Of a stretch of DNA of 64,000 nt, positions 63,067 to 64,000 are shown piece after piece. Positions within the stretch are counted from its first letter, which is position 1. The number at the start of each line of letters is the position of its first letter. This stretch comes from Ramazzottius varieornatus (lineage: Eukaryota; Animalia; Tardigrada). Under the pieces are notes generated by a model that was given only the letters and a program-made list of their open reading frames with translations, did no database searches and had not been told where the DNA came from. Made by a program: the position numbers and the translations under genes. The stretch spans positions 4,523,092-4,587,091 of the forward strand of contig BDGG01000003.1 of the NCBI GenBank assembly GCA_001949185.1, read 5' to 3'.

Positions 63067-64000
63067 ATGGCAACTACCATGTCTGACGCGGAAATGGAGC
63101 CCCAGGAGCAAAGCGAGCAGCTACCGGTCGACTTCAAGCTGGACGATGCAGACTTGATCGATGTCACGGAGCAGAAAGACAGAGGATGCCTGAAGAAGAT
63201 CCTCAGAGAAGGCACCGGATCCGACACCCCATTTACTGGCTCCAAAGTGACGGTACACTATGTGGGTCGCCTTCTGGACGGAAGCGTCTTCGACTCTAGC
63301 CGTCGACGCAATGAACCCTTTGTGTTCGAGCTTGGAAGACGTAGGTCACGGCCTTCTCTTCGACCCTTCGTCAGAGCAATAGTTGCGGCTGTGTTGCAGG
63401 CAAAGTCATCAAAGGATGGGACGCAGGAGTGGCGACCATGAAGAAGGGAGAGCTTTGCGAGTTGGTTTGCACTCCTGAGTATGCTTATGGCAAACAAGGA
63501 TCAGGTGCTAAGATTCCTCCGGACTCTACGCTAGTCTTCCAAGTTGAGCTAATATCGTGGGAGGTAGATTATTCGATAATATTCTCACTTGCACTTTAGG
63601 GACTTCTCTGCGATCAATTTTTCAAGATGGTTGTAGGTCTTCGGACAACCGGAAGTTGACCCAAGCTTTTGCAAAAGTATGTTGCCGCAGAAGGTTCCAC
63701 TGTATTTTTTGATGTTTTTAGGATGAAGATGTTAGCCCGATTTCTTTCAAGAAGGGTCGGATCATGCGTCGCATCAGGAAAGAAGGCACGGGTTATTCTA
63801 CGCCAAATGACGGCGCAAAGTGTCACGGTACGATTTATAGTTAGAATGAGGCACCGTGCACTGGGTTACTGTTGTTGTCTTTCCAGTGAAAATTGTTGGG
63901 CAGTACGAAGGCAAGACATTCGACGAGCGCGAGGTCGAGTTCATCCTGGGCGAGTGCGAAGAGAGCGGCCTGATTTCTGCGTTTGACCATTTTGTCAAGA
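63067..64000 (+). CDS. FKBP4: Large immunophilin FKBP4/FKBP59 (5' part; runs off the window)
   Basis: [71 protein letters not shown], then a second FKBP domain ([20 protein letters not shown]). Confidence 0.92.

Overview
This window is compact, intron-rich animal genomic DNA, not prokaryotic. Introns are GT/GC-AG, mostly 55-95 nt or 190-370 nt. The rhomboid and trissin-receptor-like GPCR point to an arthropod or other ecdysozoan; I cannot name the species. About 22 protein genes can be spliced by hand. Recognisable housekeeping or family genes: SMYD, CUEDC1, an intronless Rab, rhomboid, a BTB protein, a peptide GPCR, NVL, NDUFB2, TMEM203, CCDC113-like and FKBP4/59. Five things stand out. (1) About 38 loci of a palindromic element whose 11-bp inverted arms (AAGTGGCGCAC...GTGCGCCACTT) are held almost invariably 25 nt apart despite a diverged spacer; it sits in most long introns, and a sister family has different arms but the same 47-bp geometry. 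(2) An atlastin/GBP-type GTPase with a signal peptide and one C-terminal TM, predicting a lumenal or extracellular GTPase domain. (3) A fungal/bacterial Mep/AmtB-type ammonium transporter with both Phe-gate residues changed to Ala, 2.8 kb from a fungal-type CipC/DUF3759 gene; both are HGT candidates. (4) Four paralogous secreted proteins sharing an unrecognised C-terminal domain. (5) A protein with four BEN-like repeats built by exon duplication. Several TA- and TTAA-flanked MITEs are also present. All gene models and family calls were made by eye, without searches.
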